DNA of 64,000 bases, taken from positions 248,001-312,000 of the forward strand of contig BCGN01000002.1 of assembly GCA_001599295.1 (NCBI GenBank), read 5' to 3'. The DNA comes from Sporopachydermia quercuum. Lineage: Eukaryota. Position numbers and translations under genes: made by a program. Below are positions 45,444 through 57,072 of the stretch, piece by piece; position 1 is the stretch's first letter; every line of letters starts with the position of its first letter. Below the pieces are notes generated by a model. The model was given only the letters and a program-made list of their open reading frames with translations, had not been told where the DNA came from and made no database searches.

Positions 45444-47234
45444 ATGAGCAATCAAGAAGTATACAATTGTTGGATCTGTTTGGGCACTTCAGAAGAAGAC
45501 CCAAATGAAAACGACTGGATCAAACCTTGCAAATGTTCTCTGACAGCTCATAAAGCATGCCTTATGGAATGGGTGTCTGAAATTGAAGGTAATAGAATGA
45601 AGTCTGCAGGTGGGACAGTTGTGGTAAATCAAACGCAACCCCACCAAAGTCCAATCAGAGTCATGAGTGATATAAGCTGCCCACAATGTCAAGAACCTAT
45701 CTTCATCAAGTATAATCCCTGTTTATTAAACTCTTTACGCATGGCTGCTGAAAGAATATCGGTTTCTGGTCTCCAATTAGGTTGCATTTCTACTGTTGTC
45801 GGTGTGACTTCTGTTATAGTTTATAAGATTCTCTTTAGATCAGGTATCTACATTATGAGCGTTGTATGCCCTAGAAGCATGATGTTTAGAGCTTTGGATG
45901 TTAGAGAAACAAGTTTTATAAATCGTAACGGTCTAAGAGCACCTGAATCAGCTACCAGATATGCTATTACCAGCACCAAAGCATTTGCATTGGCTCCTTT
46001 GATCCCATTGTATATGTTGACATTGAGAAGCAGTAAGAATAACTGGAGAAAATGCTTGTTTTTATGGACAATTCCGTTTCGACTATTTGAATCTCCACAC
46101 GATTTTCTGAATTCCATAGTGAAGCCAGTTAATGGGAAAAGGGATTTGACCAGAATGTCTTTGTTGCTAATTCCTGTTATCCATGAGGTTTACAATAAGA
46201 TATATTACTCTTTTATCAACAGGAAGTACTTTGATTGGGCATCTGAAGCAGTCCCGCATTTGGTTGAGAAGCAAATGATTGATTTTGAGCGACAGCAGAG
46301 AACACCCGATCTTCCTGTGCAGGAAGTTCATGGATTAGCATTCGAACACGCTGGAAGAGCTCAAGCTGGTGCTGGTGCTGGTGCATTGGCAATAGAACCC
46401 GCTAACGGACGAATAAATCAACCATTACCAGATAATGCCACATTCAGAGAACGGTTTGTTCGATTTTTAGCTAGAGCTTTGACCGGAACATTTGATCAAA
46501 ATGTGATAAACAACAACGGAGACGACCAGCAAGAACAGCTCAATCCACAGCAACGTCAGGAGCAGCAAAGGCAACGTCAACAGAGGCTCCAGAGAGCTAA
46601 CACTGAGAATGGAAGTTATAAATACTTCACATCGCCACAACCACCAGACTTCTCTGTAGTGCTATTTAAAAAGAGCAAGCTATTGACATTAGCTACAACA
46701 TTCCTATGGCCTCATTTAGGAGCTCTGATAGGCACCAAAATTCTTGGAGAAATCGTTAGTTGGATAAGGAAAGGTAATCTAGAACGACCTACCAGTCAAA
46801 CAGGGCTTGTGAGCTGGGCCATTCTTACATTAGATAAAATCATGGAAGGATCATGTGGATTACTTGAATCTGTTTTACCTCATGGTTTAGGTGATAGATT
46901 TGGTGTTTATGCTGCTATGGTTGGTAAGAAATTGGGTATAAACAAGAGCAAAATTGCTGAATCAAATCCAAGCTCAGACAATGAATTGTTCCTACGGAAT
47001 ATGGTTGGATGCTTATTGGCTGTAGTTGTTAAAGATATTTTCAATCTTTTGACAGCATATCTGAAAGTAAGACAGATTAGAAAACGAAGAGTTTTGGCCT
47101 ATGGAACAAAAGAATGGGAAATAGTGAATAAGAAGTTTAGAGAACAGAAGAAAGGTACAGTCACTGAAGATGAACCGCAGGAACAAGGAGGTATTGCCGC
47201 AGGGATTGATTTGGATATACGGTTGAATTTGTAG
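45444..47234 (+). CDS. RING-CH (RINGv) membrane E3 ubiquitin ligase, MARCH5/MITOL-like
   Basis: N-terminal CWIC...WIKPCKC...AHKACLMEW...CPQC, several hydrophobic segments, and a C-terminal R..VGC...VVVKD...Y....Q...RRVL.Y block resembling the MARCH5 C-terminus. Confidence 0.8.
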   Translation: MSNQEVYNCWICLGTSEEDPNENDWIKPCKCSLTAHKACLMEWVSEIEGNRMKSAGGTVVVNQTQPHQSPIRVMSDISCPQCQEPIFIKYNPCLLNSLRMAAERISVSGLQLGCISTVVGVTSVIVYKILFRSGIYIMSVVCPRSMMFRALDVRETSFINRNGLRAPESATRYAITSTKAFALAPLIPLYMLTLRSSKNNWRKCLFLWTIPFRLFESPHDFLNSIVKPVNGKRDLTRMSLLLIPVIHEVYNKIYYSFINRKYFDWASEAVPHLVEKQMIDFERQQRTPDLPVQEVHGLAFEHAGRAQAGAGAGALAIEPANGRINQPLPDNATFRERFVRFLARALTGTFDQNVINNNGDDQQEQLNPQQRQEQQRQRQQRLQRANTENGSYKYFTSPQPPDFSVVLFKKSKLLTLATTFLWPHLGALIGTKILGEIVSWIRKGNLERPTSQTGLVSWAILTLDKIMEGSCGLLESVLPHGLGDRFGVYAAMVGKKLGINKSKIAESNPSSDNELFLRNMVGCLLAVVVKDIFNLLTAYLKVRQIRKRRVLAYGTKEWEIVNKKFREQKKGTVTEDEPQEQGGIAAGIDLDIRLNL

Positions 47235-47690
47235 TCGAGCAAGATGGAAATACTAGTTATTACTTTACCACCTTTTACATTTGTTTATTATGTACCTTTC
47301 TCTTTGATCATTAGAAGGAAGTTTGACACCAGTAGTAATATGAGATGAGATTAATGATTACGCCATTTTAAAACATATCTTTTGTCACGTGATATCACTT
47401 TTTGAAATTTCCAGGTGACGTAATCGTTAATTTGTTCTCTCTCAACTTTATTTGGCACAAATGAATAAATGTGCATCACATTTGACGCCCTATTAGTTAA
47501 ACTGGCGTGCGCAGTTATACCATAACTCACTCATCCATTCATGCCAATTAAATAGGAACAAGCTTTAAGACTATTATCACGAAAATCTGGGGTAAATGTA
47601 TGGAAAGATACAACTACTAATTTATGTACCACAACTTTTCTATCTGGGTGCATTGTTGTACATTCCTATTTAATCAAAAAGAAAAAAAAA

Positions 47691-49604
47691 ATGAACAAAT
47701 CAGCAGATGAATCATCACAGCATGAACATACTTTGCAGTCACAGGGGAAATCATTCACTAATGACAATATAGACGAGGAACTTCATAATTCTGAAGCAGC
47801 TAATGCTCGATCTGCAGCAGATAATTTCCATCAGTTCTTTCCAGATGGCGTGAATATCAATCTAGACGGCATAGACACCAATGATGAACTAGCCACTGAG
47901 TTCAATGCACAGCAATTAGCATCAGCGGCAGCGGCAGTTGCTGCTGCTGCTGCTGCTGCTTCTCAACATCAACCGCATATCGATGAGAAATCTACTGATA
48001 AGCCTGACATAAGCAACCCTCATACTAGTACTACAGGTAGTATGAATACTGATCTGTCAGCACAAGAAATTGATCTTAAAAAGTTATGTACTTTCTGCGG
48101 GAGAACATTTTCACACCCAGGATCTTTAGGAAGACATTTGGACTTGAAACGGGGCACAAGACTTCATCCTGCTGATCAAATTGACATTATACGAGCTAAT
48201 GTTAAACGGAGAGGTGACCAAGGGGAAATTAAAGCTAGAAGAGCTAAAAGATCCAAGGAGTATTACCAACGTGAATATGTAAAAGAAAGAAACCGGATGA
48301 GAAGAAGAGTGAAGTATTCTATGTCAAAAGTGCAAGAATGGGCCAGAAACAAGTTTCTAGAAGAGCTGGGAACTCCTTCATTACCCCCACATCCTTCGTT
48401 TGCATACTTGGTGCTATATTTTCTTCCGCCGCAGCAATGGCCCCATGATGCTCCTACATCGGAGACGTACTACCAGCTGCTGAGGTTTCTCGAAAATGGG
48501 AAACACAATGAGGGCAATGAAAGGGGGGCAAGAGGGGACCTTGGAGCCGATAATGAAGGAAATAATGGAAGTAACAATAAGAATGGTAACGAGGATGAAG
48601 TTCTGGTCGGAAATGATACTTCTCGTTCATCTCAGAACCGAAGTAATTCTACTCCTGATTCTAATTCTACTATCACGACTTTGAGTAAACCAAACAATAT
48701 AGCATCTCGAATTATTAACTTAAAACATCAGCAGTATTCTGAATATATGCTTAAACTTGAAGTAGCATATGAAAACTGGATATCACTTGAGCAGCCAATG
48801 AAAACTGACATTTGGTTGAGGGAACAACGTAGAGCAGCAGAGGAAGCTTTAGGGAAGCTTTCGCTTTTTGAGCTGGGTAATAGAAACGAATGGATGAAAT
48901 GTCAAGAGGACTTGGTAAGTCGCTGTGGCCAAAACAGTGATAATGTTGATGATAATATCAATGGTAACAGTAATGACAATGACGCTGAAGGTGAAGTTAG
49001 TGATAAGAATAATAACGATAGTAGTAGTATTGATTTAGGTAGTGAGCATCGACATGGTCATACTAATACTCATACTAATTGTCACAATAATAGACAGAAT
49101 GATGATAATGACTATGTACCTTCAGATGGAAACGGAAATGAATCTCATCATTCAGTTAGACATAATGAAATAGAAAGTAGTGCTAATGATACTATCAGTA
49201 TACAGAACCATTTGCTACGGTATGCTGGTTATGTTGCAAGAGAGGAGCCTGATAGTTATTCAAATGTGAGCACAAATGCTGAATCTGAAGAGGCTATGAA
49301 ACATAATGCTGATGATGAACATAATGATAATTGTAATATTAATGGCAGTGCTATAGTTAATTCAAATAGTAATGATGGTAATGGAAATGTCGCTGCAAAT
49401 GTTACCACAAATGTTGCTACAAATCATCATGGTATGATTAGTGTCATTGCCGATGCGAGTATCAATATGGATGTTGATGAGGTTACTACAGATAATGCAA
49501 GAATTGATACTACTGGTTTAGCCGTTATGACAGACAGTACTACTGCTGATGTGCCCGGATCAAAGAGTATAAATATGAATGATTTAGATCCAGATATTAG
49601 GTGA
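47691..49604 (+). CDS. Putative nuclear protein with one atypical C2H2 zinc finger and a basic helix
   Basis: CTFCGRTFSHPGSLGRHLDLKRGTRLH is followed by an Arg/Lys-rich helix. Also a poly-Ala tract ((GCT)7 at 47940-47960) and an Asn/Asp-rich tail. Confidence 0.75.
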   Translation: MNKSADESSQHEHTLQSQGKSFTNDNIDEELHNSEAANARSAADNFHQFFPDGVNINLDGIDTNDELATEFNAQQLASAAAAVAAAAAAASQHQPHIDEKSTDKPDISNPHTSTTGSMNTDLSAQEIDLKKLCTFCGRTFSHPGSLGRHLDLKRGTRLHPADQIDIIRANVKRRGDQGEIKARRAKRSKEYYQREYVKERNRMRRRVKYSMSKVQEWARNKFLEELGTPSLPPHPSFAYLVLYFLPPQQWPHDAPTSETYYQLLRFLENGKHNEGNERGARGDLGADNEGNNGSNNKNGNEDEVLVGNDTSRSSQNRSNSTPDSNSTITTLSKPNNIASRIINLKHQQYSEYMLKLEVAYENWISLEQPMKTDIWLREQRRAAEEALGKLSLFELGNRNEWMKCQEDLVSRCGQNSDNVDDNINGNSNDNDAEGEVSDKNNNDSSSIDLGSEHRHGHTNTHTNCHNNRQNDDNDYVPSDGNGNESHHSVRHNEIESSANDTISIQNHLLRYAGYVAREEPDSYSNVSTNAESEEAMKHNADDEHNDNCNINGSAIVNSNSNDGNGNVAANVTTNVATNHHGMISVIADASINMDVDEVTTDNARIDTTGLAVMTDSTTADVPGSKSINMNDLDPDIR

Positions 49605-50111
49605 TGCATAAAATGCTATTCATTCTAGCATTCATTTACCAAACAGGAAAACAGGAAGTTCCAGAAATCATACTGAAATAGGTACATAGTTTCCATGCTA
49701 ATGGTATCATTTTCTTATATTACATTGGAGCTCAACACGTATCTTGCGGGTACCAATAAGATGACAGTGAAACATTAATTATTGCAGAAGAAATTCAAAT
49801 AGTCACCAAATTATTTCCACATTCTTCTTGAGAAGAATAGCCGAATATAAGCTTCTGAGACTTCCTAATTCATAGGCTTCAATAAGAAAAGAAGGTTGGT
49901 TAAAGTATTGATCTGAGTACGATAGCACACATAGCCTATATAATATTTAATATATAGATATATTCAATTAACAACAAGAACCACAATTAACTTTGCCTGT
50001 TTATCCTTCTATTCCTTCAACCTTCTCTTATCAATTCTGATTACATATCCTTTATCTTGTGTCAATCCATTATCATCTCATCGTATACATATTTCGTAAA
50101 TAATGCCCGGT

Positions 50112-50265
50112 TGACTCACAGTTCCGGTCCGTTTCATGCATAATTACTCTCATCTTGTCTCCCTTATTTCCTAACTAGGGTCACTCCGCTCTCCGTTTTC
50201 CGCTTATAAACATCTCTCATTTCATTGGTTGATTTTAAACTCAAAATCTACCGGCCCGTTACCGG
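50112..50265 (+). promoter_or_regulatory. Gcn4 site and Leu3 site upstream of LEU1
   Basis: TGACTCA at 50112-50118 and CCG-N4-CGG (CCGTTACCGG) at 50256-50265. Confidence 0.6.
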
Positions 50266-50894
50266 TCTTCACTAAACCTCATTTGCCATACTAACCACAA
50301 ACTTTAATGCCAAATCAGTCACCCTTTAATATTGACATGTACATACTAAAACCTCTTAAAGTTTGTTTTTTCTCCATCATACAAAAAAATTTCATTGTTT
50401 ATCCACCGGCGGCGCTTCCCTCTGCACTTTTTTCCTTTATTATTGAAATTTGCCTGATAACGGAATGAATCATTAAACGTCCCCGAATATTTAATAGGAT
50501 GACTGAATGGTTTGTTGGTTTAAAAATTGTATTAATAAAAGGAATTTTGCTGATCTTTGTTTTAGGTTTTCTTCCATTGTTGATAAGAATCAAATAATAG
50601 AACTAAATCATTGGTCAATTGATTGACAAGATTAAGCACTGACTGCATATATTGATATTGATTGTTTTCATTACAAGCTCAATAGTACTCAACTTGCTAA
50701 TAGTTGCTGAAAACAGTCGTTATAGTTACTGCTATCTACAGCATTGACATATCCATCAGATTTTTTTACCATAAGAACTGTTTTTACGAATTGCCAGTGT
50801 CCTATCATACATATACCTAGGTGAAAGCTCATCACATCAACTTTTACATACCGCAATATCATTTACTATTCACAGATTTTTCTCACAACTCATC

Positions 50895-53246
50895 ATGCCT
50901 TCAGCTGAAACAAATTCTGGTCCTATGACCTTATACGACAAAGTATTCAGAGATCATATTGTTCATCAAGACGATAGCGGCTCCTATCTAATATTCATTG
51001 ATCGTCATTTAGTCCATGAGGTCACGTCTCCACAGGCCTTTGAAGGTCTGAAAAATGCAGGAAGACCAGTTAGAAGGGTTGACTGCACTTTAGCCACAGT
51101 GGATCATAATGTGCCGACAACTAGTCGGAAAAACTTCAAAAATGTTTCCACTTTCATCAAGGAAGATGATTCTCGTCAACAAGTGGAAACTCTAGAACAA
51201 AATGTTGTTGATTTCGGGGTTAGATATTTCGGCTTAACCGATGATCGTCAAGGTATTGTTCATGTGGTTGGTCCCGAGCAAGGTTTCACTCTTCCGGGAA
51301 CTACCGTTGTTTGCGGTGATTCTCATACTTCTACGCACGGAGCTTTCGGATCCTTGGCTTTCGGTATCGGAACATCCGAGGTCGAACATGTGCTTGCTAC
51401 TCAAACTTTGATCCAAGCAAAATCCAAAAATATGCGCATCAAAGTCGACGGTAAATTGCAACCTGGTATCACTTCTAAGGATCTAATTCTACATATTATC
51501 GGTGTCATTGGCACTGCGGGTGGTACTGGATGTGTCATTGAGTTCTGCGGTGAGGCCATTAGAGAGCTATCTATGGAAGCCCGAATGTCAATGTGTAATA
51601 TGGCAATTGAAGCTGGTGCTCGTGCTGGTATGATTGCTCCTGATGAAATCACTTTCAAGTATATAAAAGGTAGACCTTTGGCTCCTTCTGGTAGCGAATG
51701 GGAAAAAGCAGTTGCCTATTGGAAAACTCTCCAAACTGACCCAGGTGCCCATTTTGATTATGATATTCTAATTAAAGGCGAGGACGTTCTACCAACTGTC
51801 ACTTGGGGTACTTCTCCCCAAGATGCTCTACCCATCAATGCTACAGTTCCTGATCCCAATAACTTCACTGATGCTATCAAGAAGTCTGGTGTCATTAGAG
51901 CCTTAGAATATATGGGCCTTGAAGCTAACATGAAGCTTACTGATATCAAAATTGACAAAGTATTCATTGGCTCGTGTACCAATTCTCGAATTGAAGATTT
52001 ACGTATGGCTGCAGCTCTCGTTAAAGGCAAGCATAAAGCAGACAACATTATCAACGCAATGATTGTCCCAGGATCTGGTTTGGTGAAAGAACAAGCAGAA
52101 AAAGAAGGGTTGGACAAAATATTCATTGAAGCGGGGTTTGAATGGCGTGAAGCTGGTTGCTCTATGTGTCTAGGTATGAATCCAGACATTCTGTCTCCTA
52201 GAGAGAGATGTGCTTCTACTTCTAATAGAAACTTTGAAGGTCGTCAAGGAGCTTTGGGTAGAACCCATTTGATGTCACCGATCATGGCTGCCGCTGCAGG
52301 AATCGCTGGGCATTTAGTTGATGCTAGAGATTACCTGCCCACGCAGGTTTCATCACCAAAGATTGAGATCTCGCAGGAACTGCAAGAGGCTGTGCTAGAA
52401 CACGAAAAACAGTCTTTGGCCGGTCCTACAACTGCAGGGGAATCGCCTGATGAACTGAAGGACGATACAATCAACGATATCCCTGCTTCAGAGCATGGGT
52501 TACATGAAACTCCATCAAGTAAAAAGACCCCTTCGGTTGTTGGTGGTATTCCCAAGTTCACTGTGGAGACAGGAATTGCTGCTCCTCTTGATAAGGCTAA
52601 CGTGGACACCGATGCAATCATTCCTAAGCAATTTTTGAAAACTATTAAGAAAACTGGGCTTAAAGATGGTCTGTTCTATGAATTACGATTCAAAAAGAAC
52701 GTTGAAAACATTGACCAGGAGACTGATTTTGTTTTAAACGTCGAACCATACAGAAACGCTAAAATTCTCGTTGTTACGGGACCAAATTTCGGCTGTGGAT
52801 CATCACGTGAGCACGCTCCATGGGCATTAGCTGATTTCGGCATAAGATCGATAATTGCTCCTTCTTTCGGTGATATTTTCTACAATAATTCATTTAAGAA
52901 CGGCTTGTTGCCAATTCGGGTAGATGCCGAGACGATTATTTCTGTTTTGGCACCTGTTGCCAGATCGGGCAAACTATTGACTATTGATCTGCCAAATCAA
53001 GTAATCAAAGGACCCGATGGGGAAATCCTGGTTGACCACTTCGACGTTGAAGATTACCGAAAACACTGTTTGATTGAAGGTTTAGATGATATTGGAATCA
53101 CTCTCCAAAAGGAAGAGTATATTCAAGCATATGAAGCAATGAGAAGAGATAGGTTCTCTTTCTTGGAAGGTGGATCTGATAAGTTGATTATCCCTGTCAG
53201 AGGCACCAAGAAGAGTGTTTATGGCGTTAAAGCGCAAGAATGGTAG
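50895..53246 (+). CDS. LEU1: 3-isopropylmalate dehydratase (fused large and small subunits)
   Basis: [48 protein letters not shown] and [11 protein letters not shown]. Confidence 0.98.
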   Translation: MPSAETNSGPMTLYDKVFRDHIVHQDDSGSYLIFIDRHLVHEVTSPQAFEGLKNAGRPVRRVDCTLATVDHNVPTTSRKNFKNVSTFIKEDDSRQQVETLEQNVVDFGVRYFGLTDDRQGIVHVVGPEQGFTLPGTTVVCGDSHTSTHGAFGSLAFGIGTSEVEHVLATQTLIQAKSKNMRIKVDGKLQPGITSKDLILHIIGVIGTAGGTGCVIEFCGEAIRELSMEARMSMCNMAIEAGARAGMIAPDEITFKYIKGRPLAPSGSEWEKAVAYWKTLQTDPGAHFDYDILIKGEDVLPTVTWGTSPQDALPINATVPDPNNFTDAIKKSGVIRALEYMGLEANMKLTDIKIDKVFIGSCTNSRIEDLRMAAALVKGKHKADNIINAMIVPGSGLVKEQAEKEGLDKIFIEAGFEWREAGCSMCLGMNPDILSPRERCASTSNRNFEGRQGALGRTHLMSPIMAAAAGIAGHLVDARDYLPTQVSSPKIEISQELQEAVLEHEKQSLAGPTTAGESPDELKDDTINDIPASEHGLHETPSSKKTPSVVGGIPKFTVETGIAAPLDKANVDTDAIIPKQFLKTIKKTGLKDGLFYELRFKKNVENIDQETDFVLNVEPYRNAKILVVTGPNFGCGSSREHAPWALADFGIRSIIAPSFGDIFYNNSFKNGLLPIRVDAETIISVLAPVARSGKLLTIDLPNQVIKGPDGEILVDHFDVEDYRKHCLIEGLDDIGITLQKEEYIQAYEAMRRDRFSFLEGGSDKLIIPVRGTKKSVYGVKAQEW

Positions 53247-54342
53247 GACGCAGAAATTGGTAGGAAAGAAGGAGGGATGTAACGAAGTGCTTAATATTTA
53301 GTAGGATTTTATATCAATTAATTCAATGGTACGTCTTGACGTTAGTAAATAGGCAAAGAAACCTAGAGTTTTGCATTGTCTTCCAGTTTATAATTGTAGT
53401 AGCTGGATGTTGTATTCAATGCATTAAACAAACAAAACTATGATTTATAAGAGATAATATCACCTTCAGGTCTGGGTAGACTCATTTACATATATTGCTA
53501 TTAGGTAGGCAGTTATTTCAGAAAATAGGAATGGGTGCAATGTTCTCATTACTTGCAGGATATTATTAATGATATAAATTATTAGGGTTATATTGTAATT
53601 GAAGATTAGCTCATAGAATTCTGGTTATTATTTAAATGTTGTAGTTCAAAGTTCATTGTATCACTGTTATTGCTGGTATGATATAATATGTATTATTTAT
53701 GTTGATGTTGATTAAGGTTCGTTAACCACATTTAGAGCTTGCATGTTAATTTTTCAATGTTAAATTTTAAACTACGCTTTCTTCTTATAACTTTAAATTT
53801 TATTCTTATACTACGAAAACAGTATTTTACATATTGTCGTGAAATGCATTGCATACCCTTGCGTAGGCAGAAGAAATTTATAGTGTAATATACATTAATG
53901 ATAGGATGAAATACTAGTTTGCCTAGTATTTGCCTAATCTTCTTTTTGCTTATGTTTAGCTAGTTATACATAGAATATGATACAATATAAAATAGTCTAG
54001 GCAGGTTTTTTCTTCCCTGTCTAAGTAGAAACTTTCAGAGTGTGGTTTGTATGAGAAGAACGGAGTGGTTATAATATGCGTAGTATATAGCGGCCAAGAT
54101 TGTTTATCCTAGAAATTGGAGCGGGTCAACTGTCAGCAAAATCATTTCCTAGACATAATTACTATTCGTCAGTTATGATTGACTCACACTTCCTTCTCGA
54201 AGCTTGAAAAGTACCCCTAGTCGGAAAAAATAAAAAAAAATAAAAAATAAAGAATTTTAAACTTGTTGCTAGACAGTGCTAAGGCAAACGTTCTTGATCT
54301 TCCTTTTCTCAGACAGCTTCCCTAGAAGCCCTTTCATCTTGC

Positions 54343-57072
54343 CTATCCTTTGTACACATACAAATCAGAATATGTATCATTACTCTCTATAGTTAACCCA
54401 TTCTCATTGGCTAAGTGAAGAAGGCAAATAAAACCATAACTTAGCGACAATTCTTCCCTTTCCTTGTCTTGGTATCGTTGTGCGACTTCATTCATCAAAT
54501 CTGTGAACTTCTCGGACCTCTCTTGTCTCGAGATCCTAGTTACGTTGTTGTTTATTTTACTGCCTAGGTCGTTGTTGGCTTTATGTTCTAGGTCAGTAGC
54601 ATTACTTTCGTTACCTAGGTCATCCTCATCTCCATTTACGTGTTCGCTTGAAGTTTCAGTGAACATGCTTAATAAACAGTTCCATATATTCGTCTTCAGT
54701 AACTTCACATTAACTTTCTTTGCTTGGCGTGAAAAGTTCAGTTGGTACATTGTTGATCGTTTATTTGGTCTATTTGCCTCATTTAGTTTGCCTACTCCTA
54801 TTTCTGCCTCACCTCCTGCCTCATTTGTCTCATCGTATGCCTCAATATCAGATAATCCTGCTTCGGCTGCCTCGGCTGCCTCGTCACCAACATTGAAGAA
54901 ATTTCCATAACCTAACAATGGTTCAATTTGATGGTCTGACTCGCTCATATCATTCATGTCATTGTATTTCTCTGCCCAGTAGTGTTCGTCAAGATAAATA
55001 CCATCATCATTCTTATCTGAAGAGGTGCCTAGCTTTTTGCTTTTCTTCCTCATCCAATTCATTGTCAGCGTTCTATCGGGTTTAATGAACAAATCAAGTA
55101 GTTGTTTCGACGTGACATGTAAATCGTTGGGCAAAAGGTTTTTATTGTTTGTATAGTAACTTCCGGAGCTTAATTCGATTGATTGTTTGCCTTTAGCAAA
55201 TATCTCTTCCTCGTCGAATTCATGTTCATAGTCGGTGCCGAGAAAGTCAATTTCAAAAGGTGGTTTATGTCTCAGATTGCTATTGTTATTGACGCCACCA
55301 TTGACATGGCTCCCACCACTACTGACACTGCCATTACCATAAAACTTCATACTTTGCAGCTTCTTCACTTTCCAGTTAACATTGCCCGACAAAAACTTAC
55401 CTAACTGCCTATCAAAATAACTGATTATATCGTCATTAAACTCAATCACAGTATCTTCAACATTACTATATGAATTTCCATTATTGCCATTGACTAAATT
55501 TGTGTTTTCCAGCTGATTTGTTAGTGCGTTCACTTCGTCCGCTTCAAAACTGTTTATTACGTCAAACACATCATCATCAGCACCATCAGCGTTATAATCC
55601 TTGTTGACGCTATCACTAAAACTATCATTATTGATAGTATCGTGTTTATCATTATTTAAACGTAAATCGAATTCGTTCAGATTACTGAAAGTACCCAAAG
55701 AGTCGAAATCCGCTAATCCGCTAGCTATTGAACGTAGCTCATCTAATGAAGGACATATGTTTAGTTTGTCCACAGATGAAATGTCTGGTAAAAAAAGGCT
55801 GCCTAGGTTTTCAATATTAGCATTAATATCAACAGCAGGATGAATAGTGTGGGGATTGTCACTATGTATGCTGTTGATGCTATGATGGAAGCTTCTAGTG
55901 TGACTGATACTTTCAATGCTGCGGTCGATACTATCAACACTCTCGTTGTTCATGCTCTCATTGCTTATATTCTCCATATTTATTACGCTTCTATTTCCGT
56001 GTTCCCTTCTTTCTTCCTCTCCCTGTTTCTCTCCCGTTATGCTATCGTCAAGTATCGTACTGTAAAACGAAATCTCATCCATGTTGATGCTTGCCTCATC
56101 TGAATCAAATATTATCCTTATTGTTTTATCTACAGATAGCAAATTCATCAGTGAGCTTTTGCTACCTCCCTCATCGAAATGAGCTAATACTCTTTTCAAT
56201 ACAGGATCAACGGATAGTTCCGTTTCTAGTTTTTTCATTCTTAATGATTCTAGTTTTGCCAGGGTCGAGCTACCTAATTCCATATTTTCTTTGCTTTTCT
56301 TGTTCTTTCCCTTAGCAGATTTTGATCCTTTGTTCTTGCCTTGCTTTCTAGGCGATCTTCCTAGTATAGTATTGTTTTCTCCATTGCCATCGGAATCGCG
56401 GTCGGAGTCGAAATCGTCTTCGGATGTTTCTTCCATTTCAGCTTCCGCTTGCTGTCTTATTGCGTTGTTTGTGCTGAGTCCGTTTAACAGTTTACCGGTT
56501 TCGTTCACGGCGGAGTCAACCCGGGAAGAGTAAACTTTGACACAGCCGTCGAGAGTTATGGAAGCCTTTTGGAAGTTGATTCCGTCCCCTTCGCGGAGCA
56601 AAGAAAGATCGTGGAAATAGTCAATTAATGCCGCGTTCCAGGAATTGTTGCGGTTAATTTTGTTGTCTGTCGCAAGTTGCATCCACTTGTCGAAATCATC
56701 TTTGCGCAGAGGTAGACCGGTCAGGGAGTTTGTTCCTGGGGTATGAGCGGAATGCAGGAGAGAATGCCGCGAGCTCCTACGCGAGTTCCTACGCGAGTTC
56801 CGCCGAGAGTTGGATGCCGAGTTGGCCGAAGTTGCCGAAGTTTTGAAGGATCGGTAGGAATTCCGCCTCGAAGCGGATTCCGTTGTTTGAAGTGTTTTTG
56901 TTGATGACTCTCTCCGCGAGAGCACCGATTCCTGTTGGGGAGTACCTATGCTCGTTCGGCTTGATGTCTGGTCAATGTCAGGCCGAGCGGAACCCAAAAA
57001 GTTTTTCCCCTGAGAGTGATTCGGGGTCGATGAATTTGATCTCGGAAGCGGGAAAGATTCCGATCTCACCAT
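54343..57072 (-). CDS. BRN1: Condensin kleisin subunit (Barren/Cnd2/CAP-H)
   Basis: WMQLATDNKINRNNSWNAALIDYF, INFQKASITLDGCVKVYSSRVDS, FDEGG and C-terminal FICLLHLANENGL. Confidence 0.95.
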   Translation of the reverse strand: MVRSESFPLPRSNSSTPNHSQGKNFLGSARPDIDQTSSRTSIGTPQQESVLSRRESSTKTLQTTESASRRNSYRSFKTSATSANSASNSRRNSRRNSRRSSRHSLLHSAHTPGTNSLTGLPLRKDDFDKWMQLATDNKINRNNSWNAALIDYFHDLSLLREGDGINFQKASITLDGCVKVYSSRVDSAVNETGKLLNGLSTNNAIRQQAEAEMEETSEDDFDSDRDSDGNGENNTILGRSPRKQGKNKGSKSAKGKNKKSKENMELGSSTLAKLESLRMKKLETELSVDPVLKRVLAHFDEGGSKSSLMNLLSVDKTIRIIFDSDEASINMDEISFYSTILDDSITGEKQGEEERREHGNRSVINMENISNESMNNESVDSIDRSIESISHTRSFHHSINSIHSDNPHTIHPAVDINANIENLGSLFLPDISSVDKLNICPSLDELRSIASGLADFDSLGTFSNLNEFDLRLNNDKHDTINNDSFSDSVNKDYNADGADDDVFDVINSFEADEVNALTNQLENTNLVNGNNGNSYSNVEDTVIEFNDDIISYFDRQLGKFLSGNVNWKVKKLQSMKFYGNGSVSSGGSHVNGGVNNNSNLRHKPPFEIDFLGTDYEHEFDEEEIFAKGKQSIELSSGSYYTNNKNLLPNDLHVTSKQLLDLFIKPDRTLTMNWMRKKSKKLGTSSDKNDDGIYLDEHYWAEKYNDMNDMSESDHQIEPLLGYGNFFNVGDEAAEAAEAGLSDIEAYDETNEAGGEAEIGVGKLNEANRPNKRSTMYQLNFSRQAKKVNVKLLKTNIWNCLLSMFTETSSEHVNGDEDDLGNESNATDLEHKANNDLGSKINNNVTRISRQERSEKFTDLMNEVAQRYQDKEREELSLSYGFICLLHLANENGLTIESNDTYSDLYVYKG

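Noticed and set aside
14240..53246. Alternative yeast genetic code (CUG=Ser or Ala)
   Set aside because: CTG occurs at conserved Leu sites (VPH1 VQLY, PEX6 GLLFYG, LEU1 EGLKN), supporting the standard code.
53246..54343. Many CCTAG/CTAG words in the LEU1-BRN1 convergent spacer
   Set aside because: No consistent unit, spacing or terminal repeats; indistinguishable from chance by eye.
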